DNA of 64,000 nucleotides, taken from positions 2,046,001 to 2,110,000 of the forward strand of contig CM102287.1 of the NCBI GenBank assembly GCA_046563655.1. Reading direction: 5' to 3'. Of this stretch, positions 1-12,515 are shown piece after piece. The position numbers and the translations under genes were made by a program. The DNA is from Yuukianura sp. NJ FZ-2021 (taxonomy: Eukaryota). The notes beneath the pieces are model-generated. The model worked only from the letters and a program-made list of their open reading frames with translations, made no database searches and was not told the origin of the DNA. Numbering within the stretch: the first letter of the stretch is position 1; every line of letters begins with the position of its first letter.

Positions 1-370
1 CCTACTCGTCGACTTTTATCGAAATCAGACATAAACTCTTGTCCTCACCAAACCTTGTTTCTTTGGGCTTCGTTTCTTGCGTCCCAATTCTCACTTTCAC
101 TTTGACCTGTACACAATTACATTTATAATTTAAAGTGAAAGTGTTTAAAAGGGAGCTTAACTTACAACAAGTGCAAGAAAGAAGAACATTTTCTTCTTTC
201 TTTCCCTTTTCTTGTACTTTAGTACTTTACCTTTCACCTCCATCCGGTCCCTCCCATTAACAGCAACTTTTTTGCTTTTAAAGCAATAAAAGCAAAAACA
301 GCAAAAAAAGCTATTTACAGCAAAAAGCAAAGCATCGACCTTTAAAAAGCGCGTTTTACGGAACACTGCC

Positions 371-2749
371 AAAAAGTGACAAAGAAGTCATTCTGGGCTA
401 TGTTGGATCACAATATTGCAATCCGAAAATTTAAGTCCGATCACCATATAAAGTGCCTAGAACTCAATTTTTAGGGAAAAATTCAATTTTGTCACCAAAA
501 AGTGACAAAGGAGTCATTCTGGGCTATGGTGGATAACAATTTTGCAATCCGAAAATTTAAGTCCGATCACCACATAAAGTGCCTAGAACTCAATTTTTGG
601 TGAAAAAATTCAATTTTTTTGCAAAAAAAAGTGACAAAGAAGTCATTCTGGGTTATGTTGGATCACAATTTTGCAATCCGAAAATTTAAGTCCGATCACC
701 ACATAAAGTGCCTAGAACTCAATTTTTGGTGAAAAAATTCAATTTTTTCGCAAAAAAAGTGACAAAGGAGTCATTCTGGGCTATGGTGGATCACAATATT
801 GCAATCCGAAAATTTAAGTCCGATCACCACATAAAGTGCCTAGAACTCAATTTTTGCTGAAAAAATTCAATTTTTTCGCAAAAAATTCAATTTTTTCGCA
901 AAAATAGTGACAAAGGAGTCCCCGGTAAACACGAGCGTAACGGCAATGTGAATAAACGGTAGCTCAAAAGTAGTCACGGCTTGGTTCATAAACGCCCCAT
1001 TCTACGGTGCACAAATCGTGCGCCTGTTTTGCGCGTTGAAACTGTGCACTTTTTCCAGGCACAAAAGCAACTAATTTTCCCTTATGATATATGTACACAA
1101 AATGCATTGCCTGTCAATCTGCCCTACGTATGACTCCAGCACCAAAAATGCACAATAAACAAAACCACAATACACATACATTTTATGATAATTTTATTTA
1201 ATTTAATTTTTAATACCTAGATATAATAGCAACAAAAGTGTACTTAGCATTTCCTAAACGTTACTCTAGTTAATTAGATTGCGTAATTAGGTACAAAGAG
1301 GAAAAAACACATGAATTGGGACAAACGAATTGATGGATTTTAGGATACAGTTGGAATTAGAGCCGGAAATCACTCTGGTACAGTCAATTCCACAACTTCA
1401 CCGATTGATGTTGCCGACCGATGCTCTTGTTCTGGGTCACTCCTTTCCAATTGGAGTGTGCTGCTGGATCTCAATTCCTCAGATCGATTGTAGGCATTTT
1501 CGTAGAGTTCTGGAAATGATAAGAAGCGATTCATATCAATAAGCACCTTTAGATACAGGCACAGTGACCACAAGGAGTTGAGATATGAAAAAAGCTTACC
1601 GTATGATTTAATCAGTTTACATTCAACAACAATGAATGTTTCATCAGGGACGGAATTATGATCACTCTGGAGTTTAGACTTGTTTAGTTTTCTTTCCTCG
1701 CCAGTGACACTGTCCCCGACCACCTACTAACTAACCAAGTTGGTGGTATCGTTGCTCCTTTGCAAAATAAACTAATGCAAACTTTTTCATTTTAACTCGT
1801 TATTTTACCTCCACTGAATTGAAAACAAAAATGTCGTCAAAAAAACCGAAACAAAAGAAAAACAGGAGTAACGGTTGAGACTATGTTTTTGTGCCGAAAA
1901 AGGCATGACGTGAGAACCGAAACGATTTCGGTAACAAGCCGGTGCAAACTTTAACGGAACGGAGTGTACATCTAATGTCAGCACCGTTAACACACCCAAA
2001 AATGACGCAATATTGAGATAATAAAACTATTGTTCCAATACCGCACCGGCGATGCACATTAAATTTAGTAGAGGATGAGAGCTGTTTTTTGTGTACATTT
2101 TGTGTTCGGTGAAGTTGGAGCAATTCCAGCGACTAAAACTCCGGTACACATTTGCTCCATTTTTGTTATCATACGCTAAGTATATATAATTAGTGTACAC
2201 TGCCCGTGCTTTCAACGTTATTCAATTATCAGTGCCTGTTTTACTGCACAATCCCGGCACATGTGCACTGATTTCATTCACATCGCCGTTAAGTGTGTTG
2301 ATCGGGTCATTCTGGGCTATGTTGGATCACAATTTTGCAGTCAGAAAATTTGAGTCCGATCACCACATAAAGTGCCTAGAACTCAATTTTTGGTGAAAAA
2401 ATTCAATTTTTTTTGCAAAAAAAAGTGACAAAGTCCTTCTGGGCTACGGTGGATCACAATTTTGCAATCCGAAAATTTAAGTCCGATCACCACATAAAGT
2501 GCCTAGAACTCAATTTTTGGTGAAAAAATTCAATTTTTTCACCAAACAGTGACAAAGGAGGTATTCGGGGCTATGTTGAATCACAATCTTGCAATCCGAA
2601 AATTTAAGTCCGATCACCACATAAGTGCCTAGAACTCAATTTTTGGTGAAAAAATTCAATTTTTTTTGCAAAAAAAGTGACAAAGAAGTCATTCTGGGCT
2701 ATGTTGGATCACAATTTTGCAATCCAAAAATTTAAGTCCGATCACCACA
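371..2749. repeat. Tandem satellite, ~126-129 bp unit (AAAAGTGACAAAGRAGTCATTCTGGGCTATG...GTGCCTAGAACTCAATTTTT), about 7.5 units, interrupted at 921-2306
   Basis: The GTGAC unit anchor recurs at ~376, 502, 631, 759, 907 and, after the insertion, at ~2425, 2549, 2677. Units are near-identical with no unique spacers. Confidence 0.95.
921..2306. mobile_element. Non-autonomous TIR DNA transposon, CMC/EnSpm-like (CCC...GGG ends, 2-bp TSD)
   Basis: Imperfect ~36-bp TIRs: CCCGGTAAACACGAGCGTAACGGCAATGTGAAT versus the reverse complement of the right end, CCCGATCAACACACTTAACGGCGATGTGAAT. TC is duplicated at 919-920 and 2307-2308, and removal restores the satellite sequence GAGTCATTCTGGG. Superfamily is inferred only from termini and TSD length. 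Confidence 0.75.
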
Positions 2750-2753
2750 GAAC

Positions 2754-3431
2754 TAGGGGTCGAAATTCGGATTTTAACTTCGGATTTGGATCCGAATTTT
2801 TGACGAATCCGAATAATTCGGGATTCGGATCTGACAGCATGCGGATTCGGATCCAGACGAATTTGAGACTCAAATAGATGTAGGCGCGAATTTAAATTTT
2901 AAGGAGCCTCGTTTCGGAACTGTTTTTAGAAAACTCAACTTAATTCTGCTCCTTGTTTTTTGCATTCCGTTCAATCTTACTTTTGAGTTCAATAATCAAC
3001 CTTAACTCAAATCAGTTGAAGTTTACTTGTAGCCAATCAACGGTAAGCATTTTGAAAATAAAAAATTGAAACTGAAGAAACAACACAAATATTTATTCAA
3101 TTTGTAATATAAAGGTCATGGAGTCTGATCAAGGTCCCAGTCGATCTGTTACAGGAGGCTCAACTGGTCCACGATTTCGTGAAGAATCAAAGCAGTCAGC
3201 AAATTGTGTCCATTGATTTAAAATTTTAAAACATCGTGGCACAACATCATGCCTGTTTAAACATCTGCAGTCAATACACAAAATAGTTCTGGATCGAAAC
3301 AGTCGGCCCGAAACTGCTTCTTCCTCAAAAAGTAAGTATTAAGAAAACGTTTCCAGTCTTAGAATACAGTTCAAATAAATGTAAGTGTTCAAAGCACTGA
3401 AATTCTCTCATTAGCTGAGAGTCGTAGTTAT
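2754..3431 (+). mobile_element. Truncated left end of a hAT-like DNA transposon
   Basis: TAGGGG terminus followed by clustered TTCGGAT/ATCCGAA subterminal repeats (2760-2860), then a BED-finger remnant. Cut off by the LTR at 3432. Confidence 0.55.
3118..3331 (+). pseudogene. BED zinc-finger (transposase N-terminus) remnant
   Basis: Manual translation from ATG 3118 gives ...SANCVH*FKILKHRGTTSCLFKHLQSIH..., a BED CxxC...HLxxxH pattern with the second Cys replaced by TGA. A GTAAGT donor-like site follows. Confidence 0.7.
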
Positions 3432-3686
3432 TGAAGATTGTTGGATGGAATGCCAGATTCTGAACACTGAACGTTTTCTAATTGATTCATTTATTTAATA
3501 ATTGAAAACTCAAAACTTACTTATTTATTACTTATTAGATGACTACTTAACTGATTGAAGTTACTGAAAAGTGAATTGTGAGAATCTAAAGTTGCTGCCT
3601 CTGCAAAAGCTACTAGAAAACTCTCTTCTTGTGGTGTATCTTTTTTCTGTAGTAAAGGAGGGAGCGGTACCTTTTACATACACATA
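3432..3686 (-). mobile_element. BEL/Pao LTR copy (probably extends further right, towards ~4260)
   Basis: Starts TGAAGA and is near-identical to 35668-35909, which abuts the PBS of the BEL/Pao element. The other end was not identified. Confidence 0.8.
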
Positions 3687-4492
3687 CTGTCTTAACTCTA
3701 GTGCGCATGTCAGTAGTACACTAATGGTATTTCCACATTAAAAGTAGACGCTAACCCTCTCCTTTTGATTCTATTCTCCACTCAAGTGGATCAACATTAA
3801 CCCTTTGAACACTTCTCATCTCATCTTACATTAAATTCTCTTCTCTTCTCCTCTCATGCGAGGCAAAACTTAACTTCTAGTTAAAACTAAAGTAAAACTA
3901 CTTTCCATTAAATCTAAACCCATTTCAAATTGATCAAAATTATTCTTATTCCCTGTTGGGATATGCTGAGTAATTCTCAACACTGGCCTCCGATTTGAAT
4001 CTCAGTTCAAATCCAAAAATCAAAACAAAGTGCACAAGTGCAAAAATGAAATCAAAAGTGATTGTTACATCACATACACAGGAACAGAAGAAAGGAAGTG
4101 AACCATCAACTGACCTCGGTGACCTGAGGGGTGGACAAAGTCCCTCGCCTTCATTGCCCGCCTGGGAGCGGGCAGGCTAGTCTTTGCTAAACCTGGTCAG
4201 CATCCAATTCACTAGGAAACACAGGTCACATACAATCACTATCACTTCTGATTTGCATATAAAAACAAGGTAAAGCAATGCTCAAGGGTTGAGCATTGGT
4301 CTTCTGGAGGTAGTTGACAATTAACACGACTTACAAAAATGGCGTTGTCGAAAAAGCTTCGAAAAGCAAATTGAATCATTTATTTCTAATCTAACGCTAC
4401 AAAGTATACAATACAAGAGAAACGTTACAATACATTGAAGGACTGAGTTATTTGTAAATTTTTTGAACATAATTACAGCATGTAGATTTGAT

Positions 4493-5256
4493 TCAAGTTT
4501 CGGACATCGTTGTCAGTCGCTTCAATTTTTTCTTCGGTTGCATTTTCTGATGCTGATCCTGTTTGAACTTCAACTTCTTTCGGAAAGAATGTAGTTGCAT
4601 GAATGTAGGCAGTTTCAGATCTTCTATTTTTTTCCCGTCACTTTCTACAATCTTAAACAGGAACCAAAGAGCCAATAGCGAGCAAGAATCCGGATAACAT
4701 GGCGTCATCACATTCACAAATTTGTGTTTTCGAAAGCGTATCTTGATTCCTGGGAAGCAGTCGCGAATTCTGATCATCACATTTGTCTTTGCCGCTTTTT
4801 CAAAAATTGACTTATGATTTTGACAGTAGTACGTCGCCAAGCCTTTGTCGAGATCCAGGTAGAGCAGAGAGACATGGTCGAACAATTCCTTAGGAACATC
4901 ACCGTGTGTGTAAAACACAATGGGAAGAAGAATTTTTTTTTCTCTGTCAATGTCAAGGATGGAAAGCTTGTAATCTTAATGCTGTAGAGTTGCTTCAACG
5001 ATTTGCAAACTCCGACTTGCTTCCCCTCAATTTCCAGAGCGATGTCACCTTCACGTACCAAATGAAAATTCTTCTTGTTCTCATGCTTAAAGTCAGCGAC
5101 AATTTTCTGAAATTCGTCGCTGTGAATGCCGTCGAAATATATCAGACGCGACATTGTAAAAATATTGTGTTTAAACGTCGACAATCTGTCAAAACGTAAA
5201 CCAACTTTTGAAATTCAAAAAACTCAAACTAATTTTTGAAATTCGTATTACATCAT
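4493..5256 (-). pseudogene. Unknown Helentron cargo gene (~235 aa, one intron, one frameshift)
   Basis: An ATG AT|gtaat...ttttgacag|A splice joins in frame to ORF 4777-5184. That ORF overlaps ORF 4493-4918 next to an A-run, suggesting a frameshift. No domain recognised. Confidence 0.45.
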
Positions 5257-5763
5257 GGCAGAAATTTGTTTCACGAGTAGAGTAGTTTTAAATAGTAATA
5301 AACAATACGAAACACTGTCATATATGTTGTCAGGGAAACCTTGGCTAGTTGGAAAACGTGAAAAATGTAGTTTCCAACATTTCAAAAATTGATAACTTTT
5401 TTGAGAAAAACGATGAAAACGAGAAAAACTAAAAAGAATTTAAAATATGTCACGAATCAATCTAGAAAACTGTCTGACGACATTCTTCAAATTCTAACTA
5501 TTCGAGTTATATAAAATACATTATTTAATTACTGAAAATTAACTATACAACAATGAAGTAAACAAATGTTTAAAGTTTTAATGTTTATAAGAATTATTCC
5601 CAAAATACGTTTCGAATTTGTTAACAAAAACCATTTTGCAGCCGATTTAGTCGTTAACCTAACCGTTGAAGTTTGTTCAGATTTGCCTTTATCAAAGTGA
5701 CCAACATTAAATCTTAGTAACTTTTCAACATCATTGTCAAGTATCTACTCGTAAAGGGACAAT

Positions 5764-7018
5764 ATGCCACCTAAGAAGAAGGGGTGCTCTAATACCAAAG
5801 GCGAACCTGCTCCGAAGGTTCTGAAACTGCAAGACACCGATGGTAATTCTTAAAATAGAACAAATTTTCAACATCGTAAATATACTTTTTTTGAAAATCG
5901 TTCATTTATTTAATAGAAAACGAAAAGTGTGACGCTACTATTGATCATGCTCAAAATGCCAGTGATGTGAGTGATAGCGGCGCTTTCATTGCACCAATTG
6001 CGGAACATACTGTCCAACCCTCAGGTAATTGCTACAAGTACTTTGAAAACTTAACATACATGTAGCGTTTATAGTGCTGCGACTAATAATTTATTAAGCA
6101 AATCGATGTGAATCAACTCTGAGTGAACCCATGCCTGGTTCTAGCGATACTCAAAGTTGCATGTCGCCGTTTCAGCAGTGGAAAAGCCAGATTGAAAAAG
6201 CTCAAGTGAAATCAAACAAGGACCCAGCTGAACTTCCCGTGATCGCTGTGAAGCAGCTACATCCTAACATCCCGGTTACTTCTCGAGTAATCGAAGTCGT
6301 GCTGAAAGTTGCACAACCAATGGCGTACGGAAACGGGACCAACTGCAGCATTTTGTTTTTGGTGACGAGTCCGGGGAGATCCAGTTCACGTTATTCGGAG
6401 GAATGAAACCACAATGGGAGTCCCTGCTTCAGGTATGCATAACGTATTATTTCTTGAACCATAATTTTAAAATATATTAGAAGTTATCAAATAAACTGTT
6501 TCAGGTCAACTCTTTTGTTCGAGTAGAAGGCTTTCTTCTTCGGCCAAAGGATAATCGAAACAAATGGACGAATGCATCATTTGATGCAAGCAGTACTGAC
6601 GCCACCTCTATTACCGAGCCCAAAGGGGCGAGTCATGAAGTAAAACTAACTCCGATCGACTCAGAAGATCTCAAGTTGATGTCGGATGGTCGGATTCGTG
6701 GACATGGCTGGACTCGTAATTGATGTCGGTGAGATTCGTGAGTTTCCTACATGCAAGCTTCGACAAATCACTCTGGTGGACAAGACGGGAAAATTCAATG
6801 CCAAGTTGTGGAACCACTTGGTGGAAATGGAGGAAATCATCCCCTTTGAGGTGATTCTGTTCAAACTGGTGAAGATCTCAAGTTACAACGGCGTCAACTC
6901 AATTGAATGTAACCCCGGGGATTTGATCTTAGTGGGAAAAGATCATAGCATGGCCAAGCATTTGTTAGAGTGGTTCGAAGCCGCGGAGGCAGATACGCTG
7001 AATCGACTATTTCAATAG
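5764..7018 (+). pseudogene. RPA70-like ssDNA-binding protein (two OB folds), Helentron cargo, spliced and frameshifted
   Basis: DBD-A-like GDESGEIQFTLF...VNSFVRVEGFLL and DBD-B-like VDMAGLVIDV...RQITLVDKTGKFNAKLW...AKHLLEWF. GT-AG introns at 5843-5916, 6025-~6080 and 6433-6504. Frameshifts near 6360 and 6690. Confidence 0.8.
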
Positions 7019-7127
7019 TGAAAATATGAATCAATTCTCATACAAAGTGATCAATTTACAAGAACGAAACTAATTAAAAAAAATAAATAAGACAAAAGTG
7101 TTTATGATTATTGACTTTTTAAAGAGG

Positions 7128-7403
7128 AAAACTTGTTAAGGCTTGAAAAAAAATTCCCAACTTGAATGCTAGAGTTAAACTTGAATTTTTCCACAAACTA
7201 CCAACTGTATAGTATCGAAAAAGCGTAATTACTTAAAAATTCTTCGTGGAGTTTACACAGAAAAACTTGTTGAAGTATGAAAAATAATTCCTTACCTGAA
7301 GGTTAGAGTTAAACATAAATTTTTCCACAACTTACTGACTATATTGATTCGAACAATGTTCACTCCTTGAAAATTCTTCGTAGCGTTTATCTAAGAAAAC
7401 TTG
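7128..7403. repeat. Diverged tandem duplication, ~134-bp period
   Basis: AAAACTTG...TAGAGTTAAAC...TTTTTCCACAA...AAAATTCTTCGT recurs at ~7128 and ~7262, and partially at ~7396. Confidence 0.7.
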
Positions 7404-7670
7404 AAGTTGGAATATAGAATCGAGAAATCATCATTACTTTCGTAAATTTACTTTATGAAAACTGATTGAAACTAAACCAAAACATTTTTATTGCAGGTAA
7501 AAGTTTTTTCAGTTCTGTTGTGTTAAATAAAAAATATTTTAAAATTTTCTTTTTATTGCAGGAGAATTGTTACAGAACTTAGTATCTAAATTGCATAATT
7601 TGGATAATGATTATATGATTAGTATCACTGCGATGAAGTTGAATTAATACATATGGAAGTATCGATGCAC

Positions 7671-8515
7671 TCATGATGAAAACCGACCCCAAATTGGCTC
7701 GTGAATGGAAGTGGCGGAGATGTACAATCCAGTAGAGTCCAAAGGAAACGAAGAAAGTATTGCGTCGATTGTCGTCCCGAACTTCGTGGTAGGCATAGTC
7801 GGGGATTGAAGGGTCAATCCCAGAGTAGTCAATGACATCATCTCCGGAGATTCCCGTAAGGTAATGTTCACGGTCAAATCACCAGCCACAATTGTGCGTG
7901 TTCCTCCAAGCTCCCTCATAACGTCCGCAAGCGCAGAAGCCACCAAACTGAAATTGAAACGTGGTGACCGGTACAAGGCGATCACATTTGTGCCAGAAAT
8001 ATTAACGCAGGCGAGGCTGCATGTCCCGGTTCCATGTTCAACAAATCTTGACGTGGCATGTCGAACCTGATCTGTCAAATGTTGCCTGATGTAAATCCTG
8101 GCCCCAAGTGGTCGCCTTTCTGTGGCACAATCCACGCTACAAATTTTGACATGATCTCCAATTGTAAAATTGTCTTCCGGTAGAGTCCATGTCTCCACAA
8201 ATAACAGAATATCGCTCATTTTGCAACTGGCGTCAGACGAATAAATACCAGAGTGTTTTGGCAAAGACTGGACATTGTGGTATAGAAATTGAATTAATCC
8301 GTCTTCCCGCTTATGGAGCGATCGAAACACCGGCAGCAGTTTCATGGTTTCATGTCGCGCCATTTCCAATGCTAGTGGGTTTGTAGAAGAAATTGGTTTA
8401 GGTGCCCGGAAGTCTCCGACGATGTACAGGCCACTGGCTTTGGTTGGTCTGGAACATCCAACGTAGATTAAGGCACGGGAAATAGAGCGGGCACGGTCTA
8501 TGTGGAGAACAGCTC
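7671..8515 (-). CDS. Helentron last exon: helicase C-terminus plus AP-type (EEP) endonuclease
   Basis: YVGCSR helicase motif VI, then EEP motifs YHNVQSL, LLFVETW, ALYRSP, IVAGDL, TIDAI and SIHEPI. Confidence 0.88.
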
Positions 8516-8576
8516 TGCGGAATATATATTATCGTTAAAACTTTAGTAGCTGCTTTAATTTACTTATTATAATTAC

Positions 8577-10430
8577 GCGGAACACGTTATTCCTTGGCTT
8601 TTATGAATAGTAATGGCTTCAGCTGGTACAAGAGGAAACTGCTTCCGTGTGATTTTTATGCTGGCATTCTTCTGGTGAATTTCCTGCGTGAGGAGCTCCG
8701 CTGGCGTCCAAGTTAACTCAATGCCCAAATTGTCTGCAATTGATTCGTACCGACAACGTAATTGTTGACGGCTGCGTGCGTCTTCAAATTCTAGCCATAA
8801 TCGCAGTGGAATGCGGTCGTTTGGATCTTGTAAAGCGACGCCAAGGTCAATTCTTTTAAGAATGCCAGTTACACCGTTCACCAATCCCATCAGAACAGTC
8901 AACGTTTGCTGTCATCATGTATCTTGCGTTTATTTTCAATTGTAGCTCCAGTGGAAGTCCCATTGTTTTATTTAGAGGTTTCGCTTTAAATCTTTGTAGC
9001 AGACGAACTTTGGACGATCCAGGGATGTCTCCACGGACTGCGTCAGCTGCGCAGCTAATGATAAGTTCCTCTGGCATCTGTTGTAGGTACATTTCATTGA
9101 AGGCGTTAACTGCAGCGTTAGTCTGGAAAAAATGAATCGGTCTAAGCTCAGCCACTTCCGAGGGCAGAGTGTCAAAGCAACGGGTCCGCATTAACGACAT
9201 GTCTTCTTCAGTCATTATTCCCCTTGCCATGTTGTTGAGTGCCACAGCGAAGGCGACGTCTTCACTTTGACGCATGATTGTCGTTAATTCATGAACAAGA
9301 AAATGATGCCAGAGCGGACGACAGAATAATAAAGAGATCGAGTTGCTCATTGTTCCGTGAGTTAATGGGACAGCTAGAACGGGTGGTAGCTGATAAAAGT
9401 CACCAACGGCAATGAATGAGATTCCCCCGAAAGGTTCGGTTTGCTTGAACAAATCTCTCAAGCGCTTGTCCACCTGCTCCAGAAGATGCTCACCCACCAT
9501 ACTGATCTCATCGCAAATCACGATCTGAAAATGATAAAGTACAATTACTATACGTTAATAATACAAATTATATAAAACAAACCGAGACCTTTAGTTGTGA
9601 ATAAGTCGTAGCCATCGTGTTAGAAACGTCTGCAGAAAGGGATCCAGCTTCACGTTGGTTTACTGGTAACTGAAATGCAGTGTGAAGCGTGGAGCCTCCT
9701 ATGTTAAATGCAGCTTTTCCAGTTGGAGCCACCAGAAGTACGGAGATTTTGTCGGGATTACGGTTCACATCAGAGTTATAAATCCTCACCAATCCTTGAT
9801 GCAGCGTTTTGATCACATGAGACTTCCCGACACCTGCTCCTCCCTTTAAGTAGATGTGAAATGCCGAGTTTTCAATTCTCTTTACGTGATCAAACGTATG
9901 GTAAACCAAGTCTCGCTGTTCGTCGTTCAAAGAAGTTAGTAGCGACCAGTATTCATCATTGGTAGTCAACGCTGGAGTCTTGAAACTTTCTGCAAATGGC
10001 CGTCTTTCGTATGAACCGAAATCAACCGCGTTAGCTCCAGATGCATCTTCTAGTCGATACTCACGCAGCTCATCGACAGAAGGCTGGTTTTCATCCAAGT
10101 TATCCTCATTCTCTGGTGGCCTAGCGAGGACTTCCTCCATCGCAATGTCAAGAATACAATCATCAAAGAAATTAAATTCTTTTCTGTTTCTGGTGATCAA
10201 GTCAATATTTTCAGCAACTATTTTCTGACAGTCCATATCTTCCCCACACTCCTCCTCTTCGTTCCTCCATGACTTATACAGCATCAGGAGTTTTCTGAAA
10301 AAGTTATCTGGATCTTTGTCTTTGTTGTACCGCACGAACCGAATGACTTTTGCAAATTTCCTCTTGCGGACGTAACCAGAGTTATCGAGTAGCTTGTAAA
10401 TTTCATTACTAGTTTCTTCAGATAGTGGTG
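8577..10430 (-). pseudogene. Helentron PIF1-family helicase (spliced, frameshifted)
   Basis: Walker A GGAGVGKS, APTGKAAFNIGGSTLH, Walker B ICDEISMV, GDFYQLPPV and QFPLVPAEAITIHKSQG. Introns at ~9525-9587 and ~8516-8576; frameshift at ~8890. Confidence 0.92.
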
Positions 10431-10432
10431 TT

Positions 10433-11169
10433 TCATCGTCCTCGTTGTGGTTCGACTACCTGTTTTCTCATAGTTTTGGAATATTCATACCATGCAGAGA
10501 ATTGAGCAAGATTCAGTGATTCCAATGCAAGTGGTCGTTGAGCATAGTGATCAGTTGGACTAGTAAAGAAGATGTTCTGGTCATCGGGGTCCAACTGGGA
10601 TAGATCCGCCTGAGACTTCAACATTCTGGTACGATGGCTGGCAGGAGCAGTCTGAACAAAGACACACTTCTCCGAAGAGTAGCTCATTGGCATTTGTAGA
10701 ACATTGGAAGCGGCTTCTTGTGCGGATAATTCACTATTGAGGTTATGAGCTGCCCCAATCGCTTGCAGGCTGTCTTTCAGCGGTGTGTTTCCTTTCCGCA
10801 CTTCGTCCACAACATTCCTCAAGAGTTCCGAGAGACCTCGATTGCTTTTGTTTATGTAGTCAACAATATAGCTACAACAGGCGTATGGATCAAGGATGAA
10901 TTGAATATCCATGTTGGACTTTTGCAGACGCAAAATCTTCTCGTTGTAGGGGTTGATATAAACTTCGTTCGGTTTACGTCTCAAAAACACATGTGGCTTC
11001 TTCAATTTCGTCTGAATCACGTTTAAATACAATTGAAGATCGCAACCTATTGCTTCCAGAAATGCTTCGAATGACATTCCGGTGTCTAGAACTTGATTTT
11101 CCAAAAAATCTCGAATAGTTTTGTGTAATAACTTGAGATACTTGAGTTGTGCTGTGTCTTCCAGGGGTA
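10433..11169 (-). pseudogene. Helentron Rep C-terminal part
   Basis: INPYN...NMDIQFILDPYACCSYIVDYINK (YxxxY catalytic tyrosines) and ELSAQEAA. Joins in frame to the segment right of 26186 once the insertion is removed (KTRILV-PLEDTAQL). Confidence 0.9.
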
Positions 11170-11835
11170 CTGTTCAGATCAAAAAAGAAACCGCAAAAAC
11201 ACCTGCAATCTGTCATGTGCTTTTTTCCCATAAGAAAAAAGAAGCTCCTCACTTCTCCATTCCTCTCCTGCAAAAGGAGGGAAGTTCTTTTTTGACAGAT
11301 GTCTTTTCAAAAAAGAGATAGAGATTAGAGATTGCGCCGCAAGTCAATGCTCCGCCAAAAATAATTACAAAAATTATAAATACAATAAAAAATTATAAAT
11401 AAAATAAGATTAAGAATATCCTTACATTATTCAATTCGTCCACTAGGCATAACATTTTGAAACACTTCATAATATTATTTCCATAATTTTCACCATTTCC
11501 GTCTAAGCTTAGTTGCTGTAATCATAAGTCTTATATTATCACTTCCCTTTTCTTTGCAAAAAGAACATGTTTTCAAGTTTTTATCGTATTTTTTGTGCTA
11601 CGGTTAGGTTCAAAGTACATAATGTTGTTAATGACAGCATCTCTTCAACGCATGCAAAATTCCCTTCCTTTCAAATTCAAATTCTGAGAATTGATACTAA
11701 ACGAAAGACATGAACCCATATAACTCTCCACGGGGTCAGGTCAAAAGGTTAGCCTGCCTGTTTCTGGCAGGCTTTTCAGAATAAGTATTAATGATAGTTT
11801 TATAGCTTGTAATTAATATTAGCCAATATGTTTAG

Positions 11836-12457
11836 TGTTACACTGGAATTAGTGTAGTGCCGCTTCGGAAGGGCCCTCGGGGTCAGTCGATGTTCTCCCA
11901 AGGGGTCAAGGGTCTTAAGGACCTCTTCCCGGCGATGAGTTCTGTCCTTGTGTGAAATAAATATTTGAATTTGTGTGTAAGCATACCTTATTTGTGCTGA
12001 TTGCTGATTTATTTACGCTTAAGTGCTGGGGGTACTTATTCCTTAGTGACTTCTCCGACTCTTCTCTCTGACTTTCCTTTCTTACTTCTAAACCGTGACT
12101 GAATGTTATTTATACAAAGGTGCTTAATTGCTTAATTAAGGTTGCTAGGTGGTCGTTAATTGGAAATTTGAACAACAACTTTTGCTTCCCTAACCGCATT
12201 AGCGGCGCTGGCTGTGGTAGTACTAATTGGATAAATTTACAATCTTCTTCCACTTGGCCTTGTGGTCACTTGGCCTTGTGGTTTCCGCTCAGAAGGAATT
12301 AGCCTGGTGCTTGGTGTGCTTAGTGACTAAGTCTACTTGGCAACTAGATGTGCTTAGCAACTAGGTAGTGCACGTGCGACCTTGGTCCAGTGTTTTGTGG
12401 AAGTGAAAGTACAAGTGCGGGCACTGAAAGTATTGTTGTGCAAGTGCAGGTGCAACA
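11836..12457 (-). repeat. 3' LTR, family 1 (622 bp)
   Basis: Direct repeat of 25234-25857, with about 10 substitutions and one 2-nt indel counted by eye (~98% identity). Confidence 0.97.
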
Positions 12458-12515
12458 CTTTCCACTGCCTAATCTTTTTGTCGTCCCGACAAAACAAGTG
12501 GTTGAAGGTGATGAC

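Noticed and set aside
1330..2396. Short ORFs inside the CCC...GGG element
   Set aside because: No transposase or other motif recognised, and all are under 120 aa.
371..2749. Regular repeats resembling a CRISPR array
   Set aside because: Whole ~128-bp units repeat with no unique spacers, there are no cas genes, and the context is eukaryotic.
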